64,000 nt of DNA from Candidatus Woesearchaeota archaeon (GTDB lineage: Archaea; Nanobdellota; Nanobdellia; Woesearchaeales; ARS49): NCBI GenBank assembly GCA_038891615.1, contig JAWADY010000001.1:128001-192000 (forward strand), read 5' to 3'. How positions within the stretch are numbered: position 1 is the first letter of the stretch; every line of letters starts with the position of its first letter. A program made the translations under genes and the position numbers. Below the pieces are notes generated by a model that saw only the letters and a program-made list of their open reading frames with translations, made no database searches and had not been told where the DNA came from. Shown in pieces: positions 38,808 through 47,687 of this stretch.

Positions 38808-40136
38808 TTAATCCACCAAGAGCTTAATCATCTTTTTAAAAATTTTGTATCCAATCACTTCACTGTGCTCTTCGGAGAGCGTTTGTGCAATCCCTACGGC
38901 AATGTCTGCCCTCACAAGGCCAGCACCATATTTTTCTTTTCTAAAGAATTCACCGGCACCAAGCGGAAGGCAACTATCTTTCAATAATTGCTCATAATAC
39001 TCTGGTCTTAAGCCCGGCTTCAAGCTTATAAGTAGCGCTCCAACACCTGCAGCGAGAGGAGCTGACATTGATGTTCCAGAATACTTTGCATAACGATTTG
39101 CAGGAATTGAAGATAAAATATCAACACCTGGAGCAGACAAATCGACACTTTCATCAATGTTACTGAATTCAGCATGTTTGTTTTCACTATCAACAGCCGC
39201 AACAGAAATCACTCCTTGATAAGCTGCAGGATAGCTTTTGCCCCAGCCAAAATTTCCTGATGCGGCAAAAACAAGGATGCCTCTTAAAACTGCTTCCTTA
39301 ATGATTTCTTCTTCAAGTTCTGAATACAAGGTAGAACCTATCGACATAGACATCACATTAACCTTTTTATTAATTCCCCATTCAATGGCACGAACAATAT
39401 CCACCTCGCTACCATAGCCATAACTGTTAAGGACTTTTGCTGAATAAAGGTCACAAAGAGTTGCGACGCCTGTATTTAAACCAGCCAATAGACCCGTGAC
39501 ATGCGTTCCGTGACCATTATCATCAAAAGGGTCATTGCTGTTATGTACAAAGTTATACCCCTTTTCAGGCTTGGCGAAGAGCTTGCACAACTCCTTATGG
39601 TTATAGTCAACCCCAGTATCAAGCACAAGCACTTTCGTTCCTTCCCCTTTTGTTACCTTCTGAGCTTCCTTTGCACCAATCTGCTCAAGATGACCAAAGC
39701 TGTTTGGTGATGAAAGCTCTTGTTTTGAAAAGCGCTCTGATAAAAGCAGTTCTGGAAGGAAAAAATTGTAAGCAAGCCTTGCATCAAAGCCCTTAGAGCA
39801 AAGCCTGTCGCGAATTTCTACAGCCTCTACCGCAGGCACCTGCATTGCTGCATAACCAATGCTTGAAAAGCAATAAAGCTGAAAACCAAATTCTTTTGCT
39901 AAAGAAGATACAAGCTCGTCGAGGCATTGGCCTCTTCCAACTTTTATTATAACTTCATGGAACTTTCTTCTCTTGTTTATTGCAGAATCAAGGATCTGCT
40001 TTCGTGCTTCTATTCCAAGCTGTTCTACAGGAATCCCAAGCTCTTTTGCTACAAACTTGTAAAGCTCAGAAAGCTCTGAAAAAAAAGATTTAAATTCCTC
40101 TCCAAGCCCTCTTTTTAGTTCATCAAAAACAGACAT
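38808..40136 (-). CDS. S8 family (subtilisin-like) serine peptidase, no evident signal peptide
   Basis: LDTGVD, NGHGTHVTG, ASGN, SGTSMSAP. Confidence 0.95.
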   Translation of the reverse strand: MSVFDELKRGLGEEFKSFFSELSELYKFVAKELGIPVEQLGIEARKQILDSAINKRRKFHEVIIKVGRGQCLDELVSSLAKEFGFQLYCFSSIGYAAMQVPAVEAVEIRDRLCSKGFDARLAYNFFLPELLLSERFSKQELSSPNSFGHLEQIGAKEAQKVTKGEGTKVLVLDTGVDYNHKELCKLFAKPEKGYNFVHNSNDPFDDNGHGTHVTGLLAGLNTGVATLCDLYSAKVLNSYGYGSEVDIVRAIEWGINKKVNVMSMSIGSTLYSELEEEIIKEAVLRGILVFAASGNFGWGKSYPAAYQGVISVAAVDSENKHAEFSNIDESVDLSAPGVDILSSIPANRYAKYSGTSMSAPLAAGVGALLISLKPGLRPEYYEQLLKDSCLPLGAGEFFRKEKYGAGLVRADIAVGIAQTLSEEHSEVIGYKIFKKMIKLLVD

Positions 40137-40281
40137 GTCGTGGCTTTTGTTTTCGCTTAAGAAATTGATTTCCTACAAAAAATCGAAAAATATTTATCAC
40201 ATATGAATAAAATCTTTGCCCTTTGTAAAAAAGTTAAAATAGGGCTCGCACCATCAAAAGATTTTCAAAAAAAGCAAAAAT

Positions 40282-40509
40282 TTAGTCAGCGACTATCATC
40301 GTTGAAGTGAGCTTCACTCCCTTTATTCCACGAATCGTGTTCAGAACAAAAGGTCCAAGGGCTTCAGCATTTGGAACCTCTGCCTTTACGATAACATCCC
40401 ATTCTCCAAAAAGCATATGCGCGTCTTTTACTCCACTAGTTGCTTTTAATTGCTCAAACACGGTTTTTTCATGACCTGCATCAACTGCAATAAGCACATA
40501 AGCTAACAT
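40282..40509 (-). CDS. Lrp/AsnC ligand-binding (RAM) domain protein
   Basis: AYVLI, LFGEWDVIVK, IRGIKGV..TSTMI. Confidence 0.9.
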   Translation of the reverse strand: MLAYVLIAVDAGHEKTVFEQLKATSGVKDAHMLFGEWDVIVKAEVPNAEALGPFVLNTIRGIKGVKLTSTMIVAD

Positions 40510-40598
40510 TTTAACCCCCTTTAGTCTTCTAAGCGGTTAAACTATTTAAATATTTGCCTAAAAAAATTTTTATATGGTTTGATGAAAGGAATGCAAAT

Positions 40599-40693
40599 GC
40601 CCCTGTAGCATAGAAGCTATTGCGCAGCCTTGGTATCAACAAATTTGCTGCCAACGCAGGCTGAGGTCGCGGGTGCAACTCCCGCCAGGGGCT
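40599..40693 (+). tRNA. tRNA-Thr(GGU) with 22-nt intron at 37/38 (40636-40657)
   Basis: GCCCCTG/CAGGGGC, U73, CAGCC-TT-GGT-A|intron|A-GGCTG; atypical D-loop AGAAGCTA and T-loop TGCAACT. Confidence 0.88.
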
Positions 40694-40818
40694 TACAAAA
40701 CAAAAATGTTGCAGCAATTCAGCATCCTAGCAAAATCAACGCTTTAAAAGAACCAAAATGTTTAAATAATGAAAATATTCCGACTTTACCTAAAATCGTC
40801 GATAGTGAGGTGGGGATT

Positions 40819-41583
40819 ATGTACAATGAAGTTGCAAAAGAATCTGAACTCTGGTTAAATCATGCAGAACAAATGCATGTCTGGTCATTGACTGGCTCGC
40901 TTGAATACGTTGTTGAAAGAGTAAAATCCTTAGAAAAAGAAACAGCGCCATGGTTAGGAAAAGATGCTGATTTCACAAAACTTGAGCTGGCATCGGCTTA
41001 TGATATCGCACAACTTAGGCTTGCATCAAATGAGTTGTACATAAACAATAGATCTGTTTGGATTTCAGAAAACATAAATTATTTTCCAAAAGAGAAAAAG
41101 GTTGTTATTGCAGCTAAAAGAAATAACCCAATTCTAAAGGGTTCAAATCCAGCCCTTGCAACTTATTGTCATAGGCAAGGAAGAGAGCTTGAGCTCGAAG
41201 AAAACATTGCCAAATCCCTTTACGATCTTGCAGAGAAAGATATTGCAAAGGCAAAAAGGAGTGGTGCATTACTCCTTTCGGAAATTCCATCATTTATTCC
41301 TTCAAACAGACTATCAGAAGAAGCCATCAGCATATTCCTTTTTGGAGACCTAGCAAAAGAATATGGCCTTTTCTTAAAAAAGCATGGCATCAAGAGCGTT
41401 CCTATTCATGTTCTAAAAAGAGAAGCATTCTGCACAGTTGATAAACCATTTGCTAAGCCTTTTCTGCTAACAGGATTGAAAGAGGGGTCGGCAATCGTCG
41501 GTGATAACGGAAATCTCTGCAGCATAGCCAGCCTCTTTTATGCAGTTCGCCGCATTTATTTCAACGGCCATGGAAATGTTTGA
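40819..41583 (+). CDS. hypothetical protein (possible CLec/DGR-target-like C-terminus)
   Basis: RBS GAGGTGG before ATG 40819 (the upstream part of the listed ORF overlaps the tRNA); ends SAIVGDNGNLCSIASLFYAVRR. Confidence 0.65.
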   Translation: MYNEVAKESELWLNHAEQMHVWSLTGSLEYVVERVKSLEKETAPWLGKDADFTKLELASAYDIAQLRLASNELYINNRSVWISENINYFPKEKKVVIAAKRNNPILKGSNPALATYCHRQGRELELEENIAKSLYDLAEKDIAKAKRSGALLLSEIPSFIPSNRLSEEAISIFLFGDLAKEYGLFLKKHGIKSVPIHVLKREAFCTVDKPFAKPFLLTGLKEGSAIVGDNGNLCSIASLFYAVRRIYFNGHGNV

Positions 41584-41647
41584 TTAAAGGTAGAAAACAA
41601 GAAAGCTTTAAATAATGCTTCTCGGTTATTTGACAAGAGGTGATATT

Positions 41648-41800
41648 ATGGCAACAAAAACACTTGGAGCAGTCATGTTGATCGGCGCGATTGTAGCAGG
41701 ATGGATTGCTTTGCGCGCTCAAAGATGGGATTCTGTTTTGCTTGCGCTTGTACTTTTTGTGATGTCAATTCACCATCTAACCACAAGAAAACATAAATAA
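41648..41800 (+). CDS. small two-TM membrane protein
   Basis: RBS GAGGTGA; MATKTLGAVMLIGAIVAGW... Confidence 0.65.
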   Translation: MATKTLGAVMLIGAIVAGWIALRAQRWDSVLLALVLFVMSIHHLTTRKHK

Positions 41801-41820
41801 AATAATTCAAGCAAAGGGCC

Positions 41821-41938
41821 GGGCCCATGGTCTAGTGGTTATGACGTCTGCTTGACGACGCGCTTTTGCTCAAAAGATAAAAAGGCAAAGAGCGTGCCAA
41901 AATGCAGGAGGTCGCCGGTTCGAATCCGGCTGGGCCCA
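41821..41938 (+). tRNA. tRNA-Val(GAC) with 45-nt intron at 37/38 (41858-41902)
   Basis: GGGCCCA/TGGGCCC, A73, TCTGC-TT-GAC-G|intron|T-GCAGG, TTCGAAT; intron stem CGCGCTTTTGC/GCAAAGAGCGTG. Confidence 0.93.
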
Positions 41939-42043
41939 TTAAAAGACTGCGATTCTTTTACGAGATGTTGAGCGCAAAAACCCAGTGGCAATATTTTTAA
42001 AGCAATCTTTATATAGTATGTCACAAAAAGAGGAAAAAACAGA

Positions 42044-43105
42044 ATGCCTCCAAGAGATAAGAAGCCAATCGCGGACTATCTTAAATATTTTTTCCTCGCT
42101 CTCTTCTTCTTTGTCATTTATATTACTTATCTTTTTGTTAAGCCATTTATTGTCACAACTGTGTCTGGAGCACTGATAGCATTTGCCTTTTATCCTTTGT
42201 ACAAGTGGCTGCACAGAAAAATAACAAGCAAGTCAATTTCTGCATTAATTGTTTCACTTATCATTCTCCTTTTAATGCTTTTACCTGTAGTGCTTCTGGC
42301 AGATGATGTTGCCAAGGAATCAAGATTCATATACCTCCGGGTTAAACAGCGCCTTGCTTCTGAAAACGTACTTGGCCTAAAGTGCGATACTGATGAAGGG
42401 CTCCTTTGTTCTCTAAATCGTCTCCTTGGAGAGCCTGAAGTAAAAGCGTACGTGCAAGAAATAATAGGAAAGGGTGCAAGCTATGTTGTCATAAATATGT
42501 CGAAGCTTATCCTTTCACTGCCGCAGATATTTTTGCAGCTTTTTGTGCTATTTTTTGTTGTCTTTTATTTCTTGGTTGAAGGAGATGTTTTTATTGAAAA
42601 GCTTAAAAAAATTTTGCCATTGGCAAGACATCATAGAGAGCAAATTTTTGAAAAGATAAGTTCAATGACTTCTGCTGTGTTGTATGGAAGCATAGTTGTC
42701 GCGCTATTACAAGGTCTACTTGGGGGAATTGGTTTTCTTATCTTTAAAGCAGGCTCACCAATAATCTGGGGACTTGTAATGACAATATTTTCACTAGTTC
42801 CATTTGTTGGAACAGCAGCAATTTGGGTCCCTGCTGGAATAAATCTTATAGTCTCTGGCAATCAAGCAAATGGAATTGGCTTGCTAATCTATGGTACACT
42901 TATTATTTCGTCACTAGATAACTTGCTAAGACCAAAACTGATAGGGGGCAAGGCAAAAGTTCATCCGGTGCTTGTGCTGCTAGGTGCGCTTGGCGGTATA
43001 GCATTCATAGGTCCTGTTGGTTTCTTGATAGGCCCAATTGTTACTGCGCTGCTTAAGGCATTTGTTGACATTTACGAGACAGAACACGTAGCGGGTCATA
43101 TGTAA
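42044..43105 (+). CDS. AI-2E family transporter
   Basis: PLYKWL, FYFLVEG, ALLQG, VPFVG, DNLLRP, HP..VLLG..GG, GFLIGP. Confidence 0.93.
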   Translation: MPPRDKKPIADYLKYFFLALFFFVIYITYLFVKPFIVTTVSGALIAFAFYPLYKWLHRKITSKSISALIVSLIILLLMLLPVVLLADDVAKESRFIYLRVKQRLASENVLGLKCDTDEGLLCSLNRLLGEPEVKAYVQEIIGKGASYVVINMSKLILSLPQIFLQLFVLFFVVFYFLVEGDVFIEKLKKILPLARHHREQIFEKISSMTSAVLYGSIVVALLQGLLGGIGFLIFKAGSPIIWGLVMTIFSLVPFVGTAAIWVPAGINLIVSGNQANGIGLLIYGTLIISSLDNLLRPKLIGGKAKVHPVLVLLGALGGIAFIGPVGFLIGPIVTALLKAFVDIYETEHVAGHM

Positions 43106-43136
43106 GTCTGAAGAAGAAAGCCAGCAAAGATATAAA

Positions 43137-44630
43137 ATGAAACTTATTGTAAAGGATATGGACATAGCAACTGGTGGAACGCAGATAGTAATCCTAAATA
43201 AGGCTGATGCAGAAGCACTTGACCTACATCCAATGGACAGACTTCTTGTTAGAAAGGGAAATAAGAAGACCATAAGTGTCCTTGACATTGCTGAAAGTGA
43301 AAAGGCTGTTCCAAGAGGGAAAATTGGTCTTTTTGAAGAAGTGCTGGATGCGCTAGGCGCTGTTGAAGGAGACATTGTTCAAATATCTTTTGAAAAAAAG
43401 CCAGAATCTGTTGGTTATATAAAAGAGAAACTTGATGGGAAAGAATTGAGCTATGATAAAATATACGAAATAGTAAAGGACATTGTAGATAATAAGCTTA
43501 CCGACATTGAACTTAGCAGCTATATAACTGCGAATTATACAAGAGGGATGACTACAAAAGAGATTGTCGCACTTACAAAGGCGATGATTGCAACCGGTTC
43601 TGTGCTGAAACTAAAAGAAAGACCAATTGTTGACCTACATTCAATAGGCGGCGTACCAGGCAACAGGACAACGCTAATAGTTGTACCGATTCTTGTAGCT
43701 GCAGGCTTGAAAGTTCCAAAGACATCAAGCAGGGCAATAACATCTCCTGCAGGAACAGCAGATACGATGGAGGTTTTTTGTAATGTCATGTTGCCAATGA
43801 AAAAGCTGGAGCAGATTGTAAAGAAGGTTGGAGGTTTTATTGTGTGGGGAGGCTCTGTTAACCTTGCGCCGGCAGACGATAGGATAATAAAGGTTGAATA
43901 TCCCCTTGCGCTTGATGCAGAAGGTCAAATGCTTGCATCAATATTGGCAAAAAAGCTTTCAGTGAATGCAACAAACCTTCTTGTTGAAATTCCGGTTGGA
44001 AAGGGCGCAAAGGTTGAAAGCTTAGAGAGGGCCTTGCATCTTAAGCATCATTTTGAACTTCTGTCAAAAGAGCTTTGGATTTCAACAAAGGTCATGATAA
44101 CAGATGGTTCTCAGCCGGTTGGAAGAGGGATAGGACCTGCTCTTGAGGCAAGAGATTGCCTTTGGGTGCTGATGAATGACCCTCGCGGGCCAAAAGACCT
44201 AAAACAAAAATCTATCGAAATGGCTGGCGAGCTACTTGAATTTTCAGGTAAGGTAGCAAAAGGAAAGGGAAAAGAATTTGCAGCAACGCTTCTTGAAAAT
44301 GGAAGTGCTTACAAAAAATTTTCCGAAATAATATCAGCACAGGAAGGAAAGCTCACATTGCCTGACGATATACTTCTGGGCAACAATGTGTATGAGGTTC
44401 GGTCAGAAACGAAGGGAATTGTCAAAAGGATCGAAAATGCTGTTGTGACAAAGATAGCAAGGCTGGCTGGCGCGCCAATTGACAAGAGGGCAGGTTTATA
44501 TCTTCACAAAAAGTCAGGAGAATCGGTTTCAAAAGGTGAGATTTTGTTTACAATTTACGCAGAAAGTGCGGAAAAGCTTAAATATGCTGTTGATGTTGCA
44601 AAAAAGATGCCTGCATTTGTTATCGAATAA
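43137..44630 (+). CDS. AMP phosphorylase (archaeal thymidine-phosphorylase family)
   Basis: N-terminal double-psi barrel, DLHSIGGVPGN, KTSSRAITSPAGTAD, LAPADD, QPVGRGIGPALEA. Confidence 0.93.
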   Translation: MKLIVKDMDIATGGTQIVILNKADAEALDLHPMDRLLVRKGNKKTISVLDIAESEKAVPRGKIGLFEEVLDALGAVEGDIVQISFEKKPESVGYIKEKLDGKELSYDKIYEIVKDIVDNKLTDIELSSYITANYTRGMTTKEIVALTKAMIATGSVLKLKERPIVDLHSIGGVPGNRTTLIVVPILVAAGLKVPKTSSRAITSPAGTADTMEVFCNVMLPMKKLEQIVKKVGGFIVWGGSVNLAPADDRIIKVEYPLALDAEGQMLASILAKKLSVNATNLLVEIPVGKGAKVESLERALHLKHHFELLSKELWISTKVMITDGSQPVGRGIGPALEARDCLWVLMNDPRGPKDLKQKSIEMAGELLEFSGKVAKGKGKEFAATLLENGSAYKKFSEIISAQEGKLTLPDDILLGNNVYEVRSETKGIVKRIENAVVTKIARLAGAPIDKRAGLYLHKKSGESVSKGEILFTIYAESAEKLKYAVDVAKKMPAFVIE

Positions 44631-44673
44631 AAAAGAAAAATAAAAAATTTGTAGGACTTAAAAAGGGGTTAGT

Positions 44674-45129
44674 GTGGCAAGAATTTTCGGCTACGAAATA
44701 ACAGATACAGACAAGGCATACCTGCTCATACTAGTTTATTTTGTAGGAGTTATACTTATATGGCGAGGGATATGGGAAATAAATGACCGCATTCCAATTC
44801 TTAAAAGCCCTTATGTCTCACTCTTTTTGGGACTTCTTATTCTGACACTTACGGGTTACATATTTAGAGAATTTGACCCACTAGCACAACGGCTCAATAG
44901 ACTAACAAGGATAGTTCATACAGTTGTTAGCGACATAAAGCGGGGAGCTCTTGCGACAATACATTATTATGATGAGGTGCACAAGAAGCACAAAAAAATT
45001 GACCCAAAATCAATAATGCGGGTAGAGCATGGTTATATCGTTACAAAAGACAAATGTGGTGAACACTTTGTCCCAATGCACAGGGTGACCAGGATACACC
45101 ACAAAGGCAAAATCATTTGGCGCAAATAG
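44674..45129 (+). CDS. membrane protein with C-terminal MJ1316/DUF504-like RNA-repair domain
   Basis: 2 TM (VILIWRGIW) then HFVPMHRVTRIHHKGKIIWRK. Confidence 0.7.
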   Translation: MARIFGYEITDTDKAYLLILVYFVGVILIWRGIWEINDRIPILKSPYVSLFLGLLILTLTGYIFREFDPLAQRLNRLTRIVHTVVSDIKRGALATIHYYDEVHKKHKKIDPKSIMRVEHGYIVTKDKCGEHFVPMHRVTRIHHKGKIIWRK

Positions 45130-45342
45130 TCACAAGACAAAATTCTATTAAAATTAAGCAAGAATTAGATTGAGATAGCAATCTAGCAATCAAATGTTAG
45201 CCATAATCGCTGTTCTGCGTACTGGAAGAAGGAAATGGCTGAAAAGCGAAAAACGATGAACTTAGGTTTTTCGCTAAACAAGCATCGCTAACTTTACAAC
45301 TTAGAGCTAGAGAGACTTATCTGTTCAAACTGTAATGATTCA

Positions 45343-46626
45343 TTATGAAAAACTGTTTAATGATGTTTGAGAATCCGAGAAAATGGCTTTTTGATTGCTT
45401 TTACTAGTTTGTTCTTTCGAAACTCTGATTTGAATAGCGTCAAGGATTGGTTTTCCATATTCACCATCAAAGCCAGGTTTAAAAGTAATCCTTTGCTCAC
45501 GGTTGGCAAGAATTGCATTGACGATTTTCTCGTCAACAAGAGCCGTAAGTTCCTCTGGTCTGGCGCTGATTAAAACTGCAAACTCTGTACCAAAGCGCTC
45601 AATGAGTTTGTTGTAAATTTGCCAAACCTTTTTGGAATAAACAGCAGAGCCCATAATTCCTGCAATTAGCTCAGATAAGGGGATTAGCTTCTTATAGTCA
45701 GCTGCACCATCTGGCTTGTAGCCTTCAGGTCTGTCTGCAAGCTCTTCGACTCTGTGCGCGACTCCAATTGTGACTGGTTTGGCGCATTTTGGACAAATCT
45801 TTTTGAGTGCGGCCGTTTCTTTAGGTGAAAGACAGACTCCACAATTCCTGTGACCATCATAGTGATACTTTCCTTCTTCTGGAAAGAATTCGATAGTTTC
45901 TATAACTTTTTTGCAGCGAATCGCCTTAATAAGCTCATCATAACTTATCTCATTAACATCAAAAACAGTCACCTCGCGACCTATTCTCCATGGCCAATAG
46001 CTGTGGCTGTCGGAGAAAGAGAGGATAGAAACGTTGTCAAGCTGTGAGATCCTCCAATTCATTGCAGGATCAGAACTCAAGCCCGTCTCGATGGCATGTA
46101 TATCTTTTGTTCTATCCTCAAAGCATTCCTTTAATGAGTCAAATCCCGACATTGAGCCAAAAAGGCTAAACCACGGGGTCCAGGCATGAGCTGGAATTAT
46201 CTCAATCCTATCATCAATTTCCTTCATTAGCTCAACAAAGCTTGGACAAGAAATGCCAAACATTGGTCTCCCATCATAATCAAGCCTTCCTTTCTTCGAT
46301 AATTGGACATTTATTTCTTCAACTACTCTAAAACTTGGAGCAAGAACGATGTTATGAATGCGCCTGCCCTTTCCCTTCTGGTTATAGATAAGTGAAATTT
46401 CGGTTTGAAGAACAAAAGGCATACCAGACTTTGTCCTTAGAATGCCATTTTCTTCGACAAGACTTTCTTTGAGCTCTTTAAGCCAGAGGGGGTGAGTAAA
46501 ATCGCCAGTGCCCAATAGCCCTATTCCTTTAATTCTTGCCCATTTTTCAAGATTAGGAATGGTCAAATCTTTGCTTGTTGCCCTTGCATATCTTCCATGA
46601 ATGTGTAAGTCAGCTACGAGTCTCAT
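45343..46626 (-). CDS. endonuclease Q family (PHP domain) protein
   Basis: DLHIH, GTGDFTHP, PAHAWTPW, ETGLSSD, SDSHS, GKYH.DGHR.C, CPKC, PGFDGEYG. Confidence 0.9.
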   Translation of the reverse strand: MRLVADLHIHGRYARATSKDLTIPNLEKWARIKGIGLLGTGDFTHPLWLKELKESLVEENGILRTKSGMPFVLQTEISLIYNQKGKGRRIHNIVLAPSFRVVEEINVQLSKKGRLDYDGRPMFGISCPSFVELMKEIDDRIEIIPAHAWTPWFSLFGSMSGFDSLKECFEDRTKDIHAIETGLSSDPAMNWRISQLDNVSILSFSDSHSYWPWRIGREVTVFDVNEISYDELIKAIRCKKVIETIEFFPEEGKYHYDGHRNCGVCLSPKETAALKKICPKCAKPVTIGVAHRVEELADRPEGYKPDGAADYKKLIPLSELIAGIMGSAVYSKKVWQIYNKLIERFGTEFAVLISARPEELTALVDEKIVNAILANREQRITFKPGFDGEYGKPILDAIQIRVSKEQTSKSNQKAIFSDSQTSLNSFS

Positions 46627-46644
46627 GTTTGCACGGGAAATTAG

Positions 46645-47613
46645 TTACGAAGCAATTACCCCTTTAAGGATTAGCTCAACAATTACAAAAAGGACATAAA
46701 GCATTAATAAAGCTATTCCCAAGTGCAAATCAAGCTTCCTTGCAGAGTGAATGAATGCTGTAAAAACAATCGCGACAGCCATCATAAATACTGCACTTGC
46801 AAGAAAAAGAACAAGATTCCCAATGATTGGATAGATGAGTGCTGTTACTCCAAGGACAGCTGTTGAATTCATCACAACAGAACCAAGCAAATCGCCCAGC
46901 GCCATTTCAGGATGATGCTTCAGAACGGCAGTTGTTTCAAAAATTAGCTCTGGAAAGGATGTTCCAATAGCTATGAAAAAAAGGCCTACTAGTATTGTAG
47001 GAATCCGAAGGTCAAGCGCCAATGCCGAACCATATCGTACAACATATTCTGCACTATAAAAAAGGAGAAACAATCCGAAAATAAAAACAAGGGGAGAAAG
47101 AACTACCTCCCATTTTGGAAAGCTGTTTTCAATTCTCCCATGCATCTTTGGTCTTTGCTTTACAAGCGTAGAAAGGTAAAAGAGAAAAACAGCTACTAAT
47201 ATAAAACCATCAAACCGTGAAAGCTCGCCATCAATAAACATGAGAACTACAGGGAGTGCAGAAATCAGCACCATCCAAAACGCCTGTTTTTTTATTTGAG
47301 CACCTTCAGCACCCTTTAGTGCAATTTTTCTGCCAATCAAAGAAATTATTCCGCCAACGAACGCAATATCAGCTATGTTTGAACCAATAACATTTCCAAG
47401 GGAAAGAGCTGGTTTCGCTGCAAGCGCAGAGGCAATGCCAACAAAAAGCTCTGGCAATGATGTTGAAAAAGCCATCAAAATAAAAGCAGTAACAAACTCG
47501 CTAAGCCTAAGAAAGGACGCCATCCTTGAGACTGCACGGACAAGCAGAGAGCCGGCAAACACTAGCACAAGACAAAAAATTATGAATACAAGAAGATTCT
47601 GCAACAAGGCCAT
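46645..47613 (-). CDS. sodium:calcium antiporter (CaCA family)
   Basis: Two alpha repeats STSLPEL..GNVIGSN and GTSFPEL..GDLLGS. Confidence 0.93.
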   Translation of the reverse strand: MALLQNLLVFIIFCLVLVFAGSLLVRAVSRMASFLRLSEFVTAFILMAFSTSLPELFVGIASALAAKPALSLGNVIGSNIADIAFVGGIISLIGRKIALKGAEGAQIKKQAFWMVLISALPVVLMFIDGELSRFDGFILVAVFLFYLSTLVKQRPKMHGRIENSFPKWEVVLSPLVFIFGLFLLFYSAEYVVRYGSALALDLRIPTILVGLFFIAIGTSFPELIFETTAVLKHHPEMALGDLLGSVVMNSTAVLGVTALIYPIIGNLVLFLASAVFMMAVAIVFTAFIHSARKLDLHLGIALLMLYVLFVIVELILKGVIAS

Positions 47614-47687
47614 TTTAAAAACAAACAAATAATAGTTTTTATAGTTTTCTATGAACGGTATCAAAATTCGCAAAAAATATAAACTTA

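Noticed and set aside
40630-40818. N-terminal extension of the 317-aa ORF
   Set aside because: Overlaps tRNA-Thr; an RBS supports ATG 40819
45245-45276. Hairpin AGCGAAAAAC/GTTTTTCGCT between convergent genes
   Set aside because: Isolated stem with no other support; at most a terminator-like element
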